DNA of 54,786 nucleotides from positions 1 through 54,786 of the forward strand of contig JBJTQJ010000042.1 in assembly GCA_046075565.1 (NCBI GenBank). The letters run 5' to 3'. The notes under the pieces were generated by a model. The model was given only the letters and a program-made list of their open reading frames with translations. It was not told the DNA's origin and did not search any database. This stretch comes from Verrucomicrobiales bacterium (GTDB lineage: Bacteria > Verrucomicrobiota > Verrucomicrobiia > Verrucomicrobiales > SLCJ01). Every line of letters begins with the position of its first letter. Within the stretch, counting starts at the first letter, position 1. The position numbers were made by a program, and so were the translations under genes. Below are positions 10,154-19,002 of this stretch, in pieces.

Positions 10154-10885
10154 ATGCCGCGGAAGATCCTACTTTTGGCCGCAGCTTTTTGCCTGGCCAT
10201 GGTTGGTCCACTCGTGGCGGGTCCATTCAGCGTGACTTTGCCGCCAGATGCCGGCGGAAATTCCATCCGCGTCGAGGGATTTTCTTTTGATGATCGCACG
10301 CTCAGTTTCCTCGTGGTTGACGAGGGAAGTTTGACCGCGCCCCGTCACGGCGGATTGGATCCGGCGATGCGCCAGGCGGGAGCGATCGCCGGCATCAATG
10401 GCGGATTCTTTTCTCCAGAAGGCGCACCCCTCGGCAGGATGGTGGCCGATGGAGTGGTCACGGGTCGCCTGGCACGTGGCAGTTTGACGTCGGGGGTCAT
10501 CTTCCGCGACGACCGCGGGCTTTTTCTATGGCGGGTGGCGGAATACGAAGCGAAAGGCTCGCCGGTGGCGCGCCAGATGCTACAGGCCGGACCGTTCTTG
10601 ATCGATGCGAGGGCGAAGGTTCCCGGATTGGAAGCGACCAAATCGCGTCCGCGGTCCTTCGTGGCCCATGATGGCAAACACGCATGGGTCATCGCGACCG
10701 CCGGATCGTGCACGTTGGCCGGACTGTCGGAGGCTCTTTCCCGAGCCGGGACACTCGACGGGGTTGGTCTGGTTCGTGCGCTGAATCTCGACGGCGGAAG
10801 TTCGACCGGCCTTTGGATGCAGGGCAAAGTCATGCGGCGTCCGTGGGCGAAGGTGCGCAACTACCTCGCGGTGGTGCCGAAATAA
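10154..10885 (+). CDS. secreted phosphodiester glycosidase family protein (NAGPA/DUF2233-like)
   Basis: AGINGGFF, QAGPFLI and ALNLDGGSST motifs; signal peptide. Confidence 0.85.
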   Translation: MPRKILLLAAAFCLAMVGPLVAGPFSVTLPPDAGGNSIRVEGFSFDDRTLSFLVVDEGSLTAPRHGGLDPAMRQAGAIAGINGGFFSPEGAPLGRMVADGVVTGRLARGSLTSGVIFRDDRGLFLWRVAEYEAKGSPVARQMLQAGPFLIDARAKVPGLEATKSRPRSFVAHDGKHAWVIATAGSCTLAGLSEALSRAGTLDGVGLVRALNLDGGSSTGLWMQGKVMRRPWAKVRNYLAVVPK

Positions 10886-10903
10886 CAAACCAGTGCCACC
10901 GCG

Positions 10904-11401
10904 ATGAATCTCCGCTCCCGCGAATCGATTGTCCTGTGGGCATTCACCGGAACCATCGCCCTCTTTCTCTCCCTGTGGCTGCCGTGGTTCCAGCCGTCTC
11001 CCCGCGATTTCATGGATCTGCTTGGTGCCATCGAACCCGGAAAAGAGGAAATGCGAATCCTCGAAATGGTCTCCTCCCTCGGGGGTCAGGCGCCGATTCA
11101 AGGCAAGGTAAAGATGGGTATCGAATGGCCGGTGCCGGTCTTTCACTTATGCGCCGTCGGTGCGGGCGTGCTCGTGGTGCTGCGGACCAGCGGGTGGTTC
11201 CGGTCCGCCGCCCCATGGATATCGGGTTTTCTTTTCCTGGGGTGCGCCGGGGTGTCGGCGTGGTGCGTTCATGCGGCCAAATCGGGCTGCCGTTGGGGTT
11301 ATGGTGGCTTCGTTGCTTTGGCGGGTGTTCTGCTCATCCTCGCGGCCTGGGGAAGATTCAAGTTTTGGAGCGCGTCCCGGAAGCCTGCCCCGTCAAATTG
11401 A
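10904..11401 (+). CDS. hypothetical membrane protein (about 4 TM)
   Basis: Four hydrophobic segments; 18 nt after the previous stop. Confidence 0.65.
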   Translation: MNLRSRESIVLWAFTGTIALFLSLWLPWFQPSPRDFMDLLGAIEPGKEEMRILEMVSSLGGQAPIQGKVKMGIEWPVPVFHLCAVGAGVLVVLRTSGWFRSAAPWISGFLFLGCAGVSAWCVHAAKSGCRWGYGGFVALAGVLLILAAWGRFKFWSASRKPAPSN

Positions 11402-11596
11402 GGAAAATTCCATCGCGCTGACGGCCTGCAGATGACCGCCGCAAATCGCTCGATCTAGCCCATCATTTGGGTGGGCAACGGACATGACCCTGCGGGATCG
11501 TGGCTCTCCGGTGGGGGAGGGAAGGCGAGGTATAGGGTCAAACGACCGGATTCCCCTTTGCCAAAACCGGGGGAATGTTGCAGGGTTCCCCCGATC

Positions 11597-12991
11597 ATGG
11601 CTCATTACGACCTCATTGTGATTGGCGGAGGCCCGGCGGGATACGTCGCGGCGATCCGGGGTGCCCAGCATGGCAAAAAAGTCGCCTGCGTCGAGAACGA
11701 CCGCGCCGGCGGCACCTGCCTCAATTGGGGCTGTATTCCCACCAAAAGCCTGCTCCGCAATGCCGAACTTTACCATCTGATGTCGCACCGCGCGAAGGAA
11801 TTCGGGCTGAAAATCGAAGGTCTTTCCTATGACTGGGATGCGGTAATCGGGCGTTCGCGCAAGGTTTCGGATCGCCTCGCCGGTGGCATCGAGTTCCTCT
11901 TCAAGAAGAACAAGGTGGATTACCTGCGCGGCTTTGGCGGCATTGCCGGAAACAGCACGGTGGAAGTGACCGCCGCCGATGGGAAAAAAGAAACCCATAC
12001 CGCCACCAACATCATTGTTGCCACCGGTTGCAAATCGCGCCCGATGCCCGGCCTCGACTTCAATGGCACGACCGTCATCGGCTCGAAGGAAGCGCTGGTC
12101 ATGCCCGCGCAACCGAAGGAAATCATCATCATCGGGGCGGGAGCCATCGGGGTCGAGTTTGCCTATTTCTTCAACGCCTACGGCACCAAGGTTACGGTTG
12201 TGGAGATGATGGATACCTTGTTGCCGGTCGAAGACACGGAGGTTTCCAAGGCCCTCGAGAAATCATTCAAGAAGCAGGGAGTCAACGTGATGGTTGGCAC
12301 GAAGACCGTCGGCTCGAAAGTCACGGCCGACAGCGTCGAAATCACCGTCGAGCCTGCCAAGGGCGGCGAACAGAAAACCCTCAAGGCCGATGTCTGCCTC
12401 GTCGCCATCGGCGTGCAGCCCGTGCTCCCCGGCGGAGCCGACAAACTCAAGCTCACCGATCGCGGCTACATCCAGATCAACGATCGCTATGAGACTTCCA
12501 TGCGCGGGGTCTTTGCTATTGGCGATATCAATGGTCCTCCCTGGCTCGCCCACGTGGCCAGTTTCGAAGCCATCCAGTGTGTGGACGGGATTTTCAAGAA
12601 AGGCCATGTGCCGAAGAAGGTCACGGTTTTCCCCGGTTGCACCTATTGCCATCCACAGGTTGCCAGTGTCGGCTTGACCGAACGCGCGGCGAAGGAAAAG
12701 GGCATCCCCTACAAGACGGGACTGTTTCCTTTCCAGGCGTTGGGCAAGGCGCAGGCGGTCGCCGAGACCGATGGATTCGTCAAGATCATCTACGGCGAAA
12801 AACACGGAGAAGTGCTCGGGGCGCACATCATCGGCGAGAACGCGACCGAATTGATTGGTCAAATGGGCTTGGCCATCACGAACGAGATCACTTGGGACGA
12901 GATCGAGAACACCATCCACGCCCATCCGACGCTCACCGAGGCCATCCACGAAGCGACCGGAGTCGCCCTCGGGCACCCGATTCACATTTGA
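11597..12991 (+). CDS. lpdA: dihydrolipoyl dehydrogenase
   Basis: GGGPAGY, GGTCLNWGCIP redox motif, IHAHPTLTEA. Confidence 0.97.
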   Translation: MAHYDLIVIGGGPAGYVAAIRGAQHGKKVACVENDRAGGTCLNWGCIPTKSLLRNAELYHLMSHRAKEFGLKIEGLSYDWDAVIGRSRKVSDRLAGGIEFLFKKNKVDYLRGFGGIAGNSTVEVTAADGKKETHTATNIIVATGCKSRPMPGLDFNGTTVIGSKEALVMPAQPKEIIIIGAGAIGVEFAYFFNAYGTKVTVVEMMDTLLPVEDTEVSKALEKSFKKQGVNVMVGTKTVGSKVTADSVEITVEPAKGGEQKTLKADVCLVAIGVQPVLPGGADKLKLTDRGYIQINDRYETSMRGVFAIGDINGPPWLAHVASFEAIQCVDGIFKKGHVPKKVTVFPGCTYCHPQVASVGLTERAAKEKGIPYKTGLFPFQALGKAQAVAETDGFVKIIYGEKHGEVLGAHIIGENATELIGQMGLAITNEITWDEIENTIHAHPTLTEAIHEATGVALGHPIHI

Positions 12992-13016
12992 TTCGGGATT
13001 ATACCGTAATCTGATC

Positions 13017-13721
13017 TCACTCGTCTTTGCCTCTTAGCGAATTCGGTGTGCCGCAATACGGGCAGCGCACCGAGTTCGAGCAAAGCGCAAGCATCGCCAT
13101 GGTCGTGTGCGGGCCAAGCAATGGGATGCTTGGGGCTTTCCGGCTCTTGACGCATCGTTTGTTCTGATACATCCGCATGGCGCAGACCCGGCAACCCACT
13201 TTCGCCGATCCGAAGAGCCAGAGAATGCCGCTGACGAGCAGAAGCAGCGGGAAAACCAAAACCACCGGCAGATGCTTCGGGTCCAAGGCCAGCACCAAGG
13301 GCACGCCTAGCACCGTCCCCATAAGGGATATCAGGCGGACAAGGTGGATGAAGCCCACGATCCGCAGAAGTAGAGGGCGGCGATTGCGGGGACCGCGGGT
13401 GCGAGTCTCCCTTACTTCCGGGGGGCTTTGGGTCGTGGTGGCTCTGATGTTGTTGGCAGGAAACGCCGTTCGCCCGTTGGCTCCGTGCGGGGAGAGGGGT
13501 GCATCTTCCTTCGCCGCACGGCTCGACTCGGCTCCGTCCGGGAACGGGGTCGCTTGGTGCGGGGGAACCGAAAGGACCAGGGGAGGCGTGGAGGCACCGA
13601 CCTTGGTCGTTCTTGGAGGGAGGGGCGTTGTCTGGGGAGAGTCGATGGTGGAGGTTGTTACGCGGGACCGTAACACTAACGTTCCAGATTGTCGAGAATT
13701 GGAGCGATTTAATTCTATCAA
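13017..13721 (-). CDS. hypothetical membrane protein with two CxxC motifs (putative zinc ribbon)
   Basis: Disordered Pro-rich N-terminus, two TM helices, CRVC and CPYCG. Start uncertain. Confidence 0.6.
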   Translation of the reverse strand: MIELNRSNSRQSGTLVLRSRVTTSTIDSPQTTPLPPRTTKVGASTPPLVLSVPPHQATPFPDGAESSRAAKEDAPLSPHGANGRTAFPANNIRATTTQSPPEVRETRTRGPRNRRPLLLRIVGFIHLVRLISLMGTVLGVPLVLALDPKHLPVVLVFPLLLLVSGILWLFGSAKVGCRVCAMRMYQNKRCVKSRKAPSIPLLGPHTTMAMLALCSNSVRCPYCGTPNSLRGKDE

Positions 13722-13847
13722 CTAACGCAGAAGCGGATTTCAAGCCATTTTTCGCTCGTTCGGCATTAAGCGCTGGGAGACCTTCCAGAACCAATCTCTA
13801 CCCACGGATTCCGTGGATGGGGGGAAGTGTTTGGCTTCGCTGTTGGA

Positions 13848-13867
13848 AACGGGCGAGGACGCCCGTT
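13848..13867. repeat. REP-like short hairpin
   Basis: AACGGGCG-AGGA-CGCCCGTT, a perfect intergenic stem. Confidence 0.5.
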
Positions 13868-13952
13868 CTCCTTTAAAACATGTTGCCAACACGGGTGGGA
13901 GGGTCGGCAAAAGAATGCCGGTTCATCCTCCGCGGCGATCTGGAAAACGGGA

Positions 13953-14378
13953 TTATCGTGCGCCGGTGAGTTTGGCCGCGAGGCTGGCAGGGATCGGCCG
14001 GGCTGACCATGTGCCATCGTCCGACTGTATGGTGCAAGCCGTCGTGATGGAGCCGGATCCGAATTCCCCCTTGGGTCCTTCGAGGGTGAAGCGCAGACGA
14101 AGGCTTCGCGCTCCAAGGCGCTCAACACTGAGCAGGACGCGGATTTCGTCTTGGAAATGGACCGGCTGCCGGAAATCGGAGGTGATGGAAACAATCGGCC
14201 AGCCAACCGGCTCCGCGCCCTCGGGAGCGTGGGCGGGGTGGACGGCCTCGCCGAGTTTGGCCAGCCACGCGTGCCATGCTTCCTCGACGAGGGTGAGGAT
14301 GGCCGCGAAGTGCCCGACCCCGGCCATGTCGGTGTCGGCAAATCGCAATGCCCGATGGTAGTGGAACCCGGTGCTCAT
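13953..14378 (-). CDS. acyl-CoA thioesterase (4HBT/YbgC hot-dog family)
   Basis: RFADTDMAGVGHF and DFRQPVHFQD motifs. Confidence 0.88.
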   Translation of the reverse strand: MSTGFHYHRALRFADTDMAGVGHFAAILTLVEEAWHAWLAKLGEAVHPAHAPEGAEPVGWPIVSITSDFRQPVHFQDEIRVLLSVERLGARSLRLRFTLEGPKGEFGSGSITTACTIQSDDGTWSARPIPASLAAKLTGAR

Positions 14379-14388
14379 CGGGCGTTTC

Positions 14389-16434
14389 TCACTCGAAGGG
14401 ATCGCGGCCGGTGGCCGGCGCGCGGGCGGGCAGGGTATCGCTGGTGGTGGTGCTTGTGGTTGCGCTGCCGCCCGTGGATTCGTCGAACAAGGCGTTGTCG
14501 GCGGGCAACAAACGGTCGAGGATGCGGGTGATGGCATCCTTGGCGCGGCGGCTGTCCGGGTAAATGCGCCGGGCTTCCATGAGCATGGCGAGGGCGGAGC
14601 CTGTGTTGCCGGATTTCGAGAGATCATTGGCGCGTTGCAGGGCGACGACGAACTCGCTGGCCGCGCGCGAGAGTTCCTCGGCGCGGATGCGCAATTCGGC
14701 ATCATCCGGGAATTCAGCCACCAGGTTTTGGATTTCCTCCCAAGCGGCGTATTTGGCTCCGGGGACGGCCCGGGTCTCGAGCTCGCGGGATTGGGCGATG
14801 GCGGTGTCGATCTTGATCAAATTGGTGACGATTTGATTCAGACTGGCCTTGCGCGGCTCGTCATCGAAGACGGCGGCGCCGAATTTCTCTTTCTCGCGCA
14901 TGATGGCGCGGTAGTTGCGGTCGTTGATCAAACGATCGAAGTCGGTTACGGCCTTGTTTTTCATGTCGGCCTGTTCCATGACCGGCTGCACGGCGTCATC
15001 GATCTTCGGATTGGTCGGCCATACCTCCATCGCTTTCTGCACTTCGCCGCGCGCTTCATCGACCTTGCCCTGCGAGAAAAGCAACTTGGCCTGGGCGAGG
15101 TGCATGTCGCTCACCCGGGTGTTGGTCTTTACGTAGGCTTCGAACTTGGTCGAATCGTAATCGGTGGCGGTTTTTTTCAACTGGTCGATGAGTTCCTGGG
15201 CGAGCAGGAAATCCTTGGCTTCGAGAGAGGCGGTTAGTTTGAACATGGCGCGCGCGAAGTCCTGCACCTTTTGTTTGCGATCGCGGGGAAGGGTGCGCAC
15301 TTCCGGCATGTATTCGCCGATGGCGAAGGCTTCCTGGAGGCGGCGGAACCCATTCCATAGTTCGCCGCGATCGACGAGGTAGTTGAAGGTCTCGATGCCA
15401 CGGCGCACGTCGCTCATGGCTTCATTGGCGAGTGTGTCGATGGTGGAGACGGTTGGGCTGCCGCCGAGGCCTTCGCCGAAGATGCGGGAGACATCGGAAT
15501 CCTCCTTGAGGTTCAGGGTGGCTTGGCCGTCCTGGAAGAGCTGGTTGTAGAAGCGCGCCGCCATGATGGTGTGTTCGAAGCGGCGTTGCATGAAGAACTG
15601 CCCGATGAGGAGCTGGAATTCGGTCTTAGTCTTGAGTTCCGAGAGTTCGTTTTTCGCATCGAAGGCCTTGCTCAGCACCTCGATCTCGACGAGCCGCTTC
15701 ACGATGCCTTCGTATTCAAGTGAGTTGGTGGCAACGCCCGCGGGGGCGCCACCGCCTTGGGCCTGGCCTCCGCCACCTTGGGGCGCGCGACGGCTGTTGC
15801 TATTGCGGCTGGAACTGCCGCCGCCGGCGGGATTGGTGGTGAGCGAGCGTTCTTCCGCCTTCATGTCGCCTTTCCAGCGCAGCCGCTCGGCCTCGTCTTT
15901 CATGGCCTTGACCTGCATGTCGTAGTCGTTCTGATTGCGTTTGCTCAGATAGACCCGGAAGATGGCATTCAGGAGCGCGTCGCATAGGCGTGCGTCCTGC
16001 GGGTGTTCGGCGGCGACGGGGAGCAGAACGACGGCGCGGCGCATTTTATCGCGGTCGGTATTGAGCGGGCTTAGCAGGTCGAGGATTTCCCGGATGGTGG
16101 AGATGTAGGCGGCATCGGCCGCGCTCTTGGCTTCCGGCTCGCCGAGGTAACGCTCGAAGCGGGCCGAGAAAACGCGGTTGTCATTGATGTTCCAGGCCTT
16201 GCCATCCCAGATTGCGACCTCGGAACTCGGGTCCATGGCCGGGAGGTCGTTGCCAAGCACGTTGCGCTGGGCGGGCTTCTCCTCCTTTTGCGCGATGGTT
16301 GTGTTCGACGGTCCATTGTCCGCCGGTGCGGCCGGGGGCGCGTTAAAGACCTGGGCGAAGGCCGGGGTGGCGAGTCCCAGGGCGAGGGCTGCACGAAGGG
16401 TCAGGGAGTATGTTTTCATGGCGGTTTTCCTCAT
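14389..16434 (-). CDS. secreted helical/TPR-like hypothetical protein
   Basis: Signal peptide (ALALGLATPAFA|Q), coiled-coil and TPR-like helices; ATGA overlap with the upstream gene. Alternative start 16419. Confidence 0.75.
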   Translation of the reverse strand: MRKTAMKTYSLTLRAALALGLATPAFAQVFNAPPAAPADNGPSNTTIAQKEEKPAQRNVLGNDLPAMDPSSEVAIWDGKAWNINDNRVFSARFERYLGEPEAKSAADAAYISTIREILDLLSPLNTDRDKMRRAVVLLPVAAEHPQDARLCDALLNAIFRVYLSKRNQNDYDMQVKAMKDEAERLRWKGDMKAEERSLTTNPAGGGSSSRNSNSRRAPQGGGGQAQGGGAPAGVATNSLEYEGIVKRLVEIEVLSKAFDAKNELSELKTKTEFQLLIGQFFMQRRFEHTIMAARFYNQLFQDGQATLNLKEDSDVSRIFGEGLGGSPTVSTIDTLANEAMSDVRRGIETFNYLVDRGELWNGFRRLQEAFAIGEYMPEVRTLPRDRKQKVQDFARAMFKLTASLEAKDFLLAQELIDQLKKTATDYDSTKFEAYVKTNTRVSDMHLAQAKLLFSQGKVDEARGEVQKAMEVWPTNPKIDDAVQPVMEQADMKNKAVTDFDRLINDRNYRAIMREKEKFGAAVFDDEPRKASLNQIVTNLIKIDTAIAQSRELETRAVPGAKYAAWEEIQNLVAEFPDDAELRIRAEELSRAASEFVVALQRANDLSKSGNTGSALAMLMEARRIYPDSRRAKDAITRILDRLLPADNALFDESTGGSATTSTTTSDTLPARAPATGRDPFE

Positions 16435-16823
16435 TTTACGATACTGCGGGCTTCGGGGAGCCCGTCCTTGTTAATTTCTACAACGACACGCAAGCGGTAG
16501 CCGGATTCGATATTGTCACCTTTGAGTCCGGCAGGCAAGAAAACGGGAATGGGCGCTTCTTTTCCATCGGCACCGGGTAAGAGGGTGATGATTTGCCCTT
16601 GGGCGGTGACGCGGTCGCGTCGATCCACCGTGCCCTCGAGGTAATACATGTTCCCGCGCTGGGAGAGGCTGTTCTTCCGGAAGTCCTCGACATTCAGCGG
16701 CGGGTAGTCGGGCTTGGAACCTTTGCCGAGCATGAAAAACCCGCCGATCGCGGCCGCGGCAAGAAACGCGAGGCCGATGAGGAGGACAACTGGGGAGACT
16801 GAAGATTGGGCGCGACGGGCCAT
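16431..16823 (-). CDS. small membrane-anchored protein, probable OB-fold
   Basis: N-terminal TM, then YYLEGTV...PIPVFLP...NIESGYRLRVVVEI strand pattern. Confidence 0.65.
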   Translation of the reverse strand: MARRAQSSVSPVVLLIGLAFLAAAAIGGFFMLGKGSKPDYPPLNVEDFRKNSLSQRGNMYYLEGTVDRRDRVTAQGQIITLLPGADGKEAPIPVFLPAGLKGDNIESGYRLRVVVEINKDGLPEARSIVK

Positions 16824-16922
16824 GGGAAACGGATGGAGTGGGGAGAAATAACCACTCAAATGAGCGGTTGTCTCAACATTTTACCAGCAGGGAAGCGGCT
16901 TGTCCCGCTTCTTTCGTGTAAA

Positions 16923-18872
16923 TCAGCCGCCTTCCCAGAGATTTTTCCGGGCTCCCACGTAGGAGGCGAAAAGTCCGATGGCGAGGTGGATGCCGAGCAC
17001 GAAGAGGCAAATCTGGTAACTCTGGAGGCTGGTGGCGCTCACCTGCTCGACGGCATTCTGGAATTCGCGATTGAGCATTTGGGAGGACCCCGACCAACTC
17101 CAGTAGGCGGAGATGAAGGGACGGACGAGCGGTTCGATGAAGCCGGGCAAGGCGAGGACGATGCCGGAGAGGGGGAGTTGGAATCCGACGAGGTAGATGG
17201 AGAGGAGGTTCGCTTGGTCGGCCGAGCGCATGTTCGCCGAGATGCCAAGGCAGACGGCGGTCATGGCGGCGGTTACCATCCACAAACTCACGAGGTGATC
17301 GGTAAAACCCCCGGGGAATTGCCATTTCCCGAACAACTCGACAAACACCCCCATCCAAACGGCTTGGGCGGTCACCGGCACGGCGAGGAAAAGAAGTTTG
17401 CTGGTCAGATAGGCGGCGGGCCGCAAACCGGCGAGTTTTTCCTTTTCGTAAATCATCCGTTCGCCGGCGATCTCACGCGCCGAGTTGTTCGAACCCATCA
17501 GGGTGAGCAGGATGACCTGGAACATGATCACCCCGGAGGCGAAGCCGCCGTTCGTGAGCACGCTGAGGAAGACGTCCCGTTTTTCCATCATCTCCTGCAC
17601 GGCATTGGCCGCGGTGCCGGATTCGCGTTTCAAACCATCCGGTGGCGTGAGGGTGAAAAGGGCGACGAGCAATGGGAACCCGAGCAGAATCGCGATGTGC
17701 AAAACCAATTGCGTGCGATCGCGGAAGAAAATCTTCCACCTGCGGGCGAAAAGATGAGCGGTTTGCCGGATGATACCCGGAGTCTCCGGCACATCCGCCG
17801 TCGAGCGGGTGGCCGTGCTTTTGGTTTCCGATTCTTTTGGGGCCTCTTTCGCCGGCTCTTCGGATTTCTCCACTTGCGGCGCGGATTCGGCATCGGGCTT
17901 GGTGTCTTTGGCGGCCTCGGCAACTTTTGGAGAAGCATCTTCTTTGGGCGCGGCATCTTTCGGAGCCGCCTCTTTGGCGGCGGGCTCGTTGGTCGCGCCA
18001 GCATTCGGGCGGGCCATCGCTTCCAGCGGAGTGGTCGCATGTTCCGGGCGGTCATGGCCGGCCTGGGGCGCGGCCAGCTTCATGCGGTCGTAATAGAAGG
18101 CGCGGTGCTTCTGCCATGAATTGTGCCACTGCAAGGGTTCGCGGTCGGCCAAGCGGCGATAAACCTCTTCCGGGTGCTGCACGCTGAAATAATGAGGCAA
18201 CAACCGGGGCGGCCCGTGGAAAACCAGATGCCCGGCGTGCATGACCAGAATCGAGTCATGCATGTCGATGTTGGTCAGGCTGTGGGTGACGTTGATGACC
18301 AACCGGTTCTCCCGCCGGGACAGCGCGTGGAGCAGATGCACGATTTCCTGCTCGGTCTTCGGGTCCAGACCGCTCGTCACTTCGTCGCAAAGCAAAAGCG
18401 AAGGACGCGCAACCAGTTCCATGGCCAGGCCCAAACGGCGTTTTTGACCCCCGGAAAGAACTTTTACCCGGCGGTCGCGAATGGGTGTCAATCCCACCAC
18501 CTCGATGGCCTTTTCAATGATCTCGTCTTCCTCGCCGCGGCCTGCCGCCCGCACGCGCAAGCGGGCCGCGCTTTCCACGCTTTCCTCGACGGTGAGGGGA
18601 TCGAAGGCAATGCTGAACTGCGGCACGTAGGCGAATTCGTTGGGGAGCAGGTCGCCTTCGGTGGAAAGATTGCGGTCATTCCAGCGGATTTCCCCGCTCG
18701 TTTCCGGCACCAGGCCGGCGATGGTCTTGAGCAGGGTTGTCTTGCCGCAACCACTCGCCCCCACCAAGGCCATCAGATGGCCACCGGGTGCGGCGAAAGA
18801 AACGTCGTGAAGCAGGGTGTGGTCCTCGCCACCGCGGCGGAGAGTGAGAAAGAGTTGGCGGAGTTCGAGCAT
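16923..18872 (-). CDS. ABCG-like fused ATPase/ABC-2 permease half-transporter
   Basis: GASGCGKTT, LSGGQKRR, LLCDEVTSGLD; C-terminal 6-TM domain with REIAGERMIYEKE. Confidence 0.92.
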   Translation of the reverse strand: MLELRQLFLTLRRGGEDHTLLHDVSFAAPGGHLMALVGASGCGKTTLLKTIAGLVPETSGEIRWNDRNLSTEGDLLPNEFAYVPQFSIAFDPLTVEESVESAARLRVRAAGRGEEDEIIEKAIEVVGLTPIRDRRVKVLSGGQKRRLGLAMELVARPSLLLCDEVTSGLDPKTEQEIVHLLHALSRRENRLVINVTHSLTNIDMHDSILVMHAGHLVFHGPPRLLPHYFSVQHPEEVYRRLADREPLQWHNSWQKHRAFYYDRMKLAAPQAGHDRPEHATTPLEAMARPNAGATNEPAAKEAAPKDAAPKEDASPKVAEAAKDTKPDAESAPQVEKSEEPAKEAPKESETKSTATRSTADVPETPGIIRQTAHLFARRWKIFFRDRTQLVLHIAILLGFPLLVALFTLTPPDGLKRESGTAANAVQEMMEKRDVFLSVLTNGGFASGVIMFQVILLTLMGSNNSAREIAGERMIYEKEKLAGLRPAAYLTSKLLFLAVPVTAQAVWMGVFVELFGKWQFPGGFTDHLVSLWMVTAAMTAVCLGISANMRSADQANLLSIYLVGFQLPLSGIVLALPGFIEPLVRPFISAYWSWSGSSQMLNREFQNAVEQVSATSLQSYQICLFVLGIHLAIGLFASYVGARKNLWEGG

Positions 18873-18878
18873 GATGGG

Positions 18879-18907
18879 AGAATAAGAGACTTCTATCCGT
18901 CATGGAA
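18879..18907 (-). promoter_or_regulatory. putative promoter for a leaderless mRNA
   Basis: TTCCAT-N17-TATTCT, then 6 nt to the ATG at 18872. Confidence 0.45.
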
Positions 18908-19002
18908 CGCATCTGGCAAGTCCGGGTTCTCATGGAAAGGCATTTTTTCCTTCGAGAACCGCTTTTCCAACGGATATTCCCGCACTTTTCCCCCGAATCA
19001 CC

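Noticed and set aside
11484-11540. Possible structured leader before lpdA (TGACCCT...AGGGTCA)
   Set aside because: Only one short stem, upstream of the likelier promoter at 11558-11586; matches no motif I recognise.
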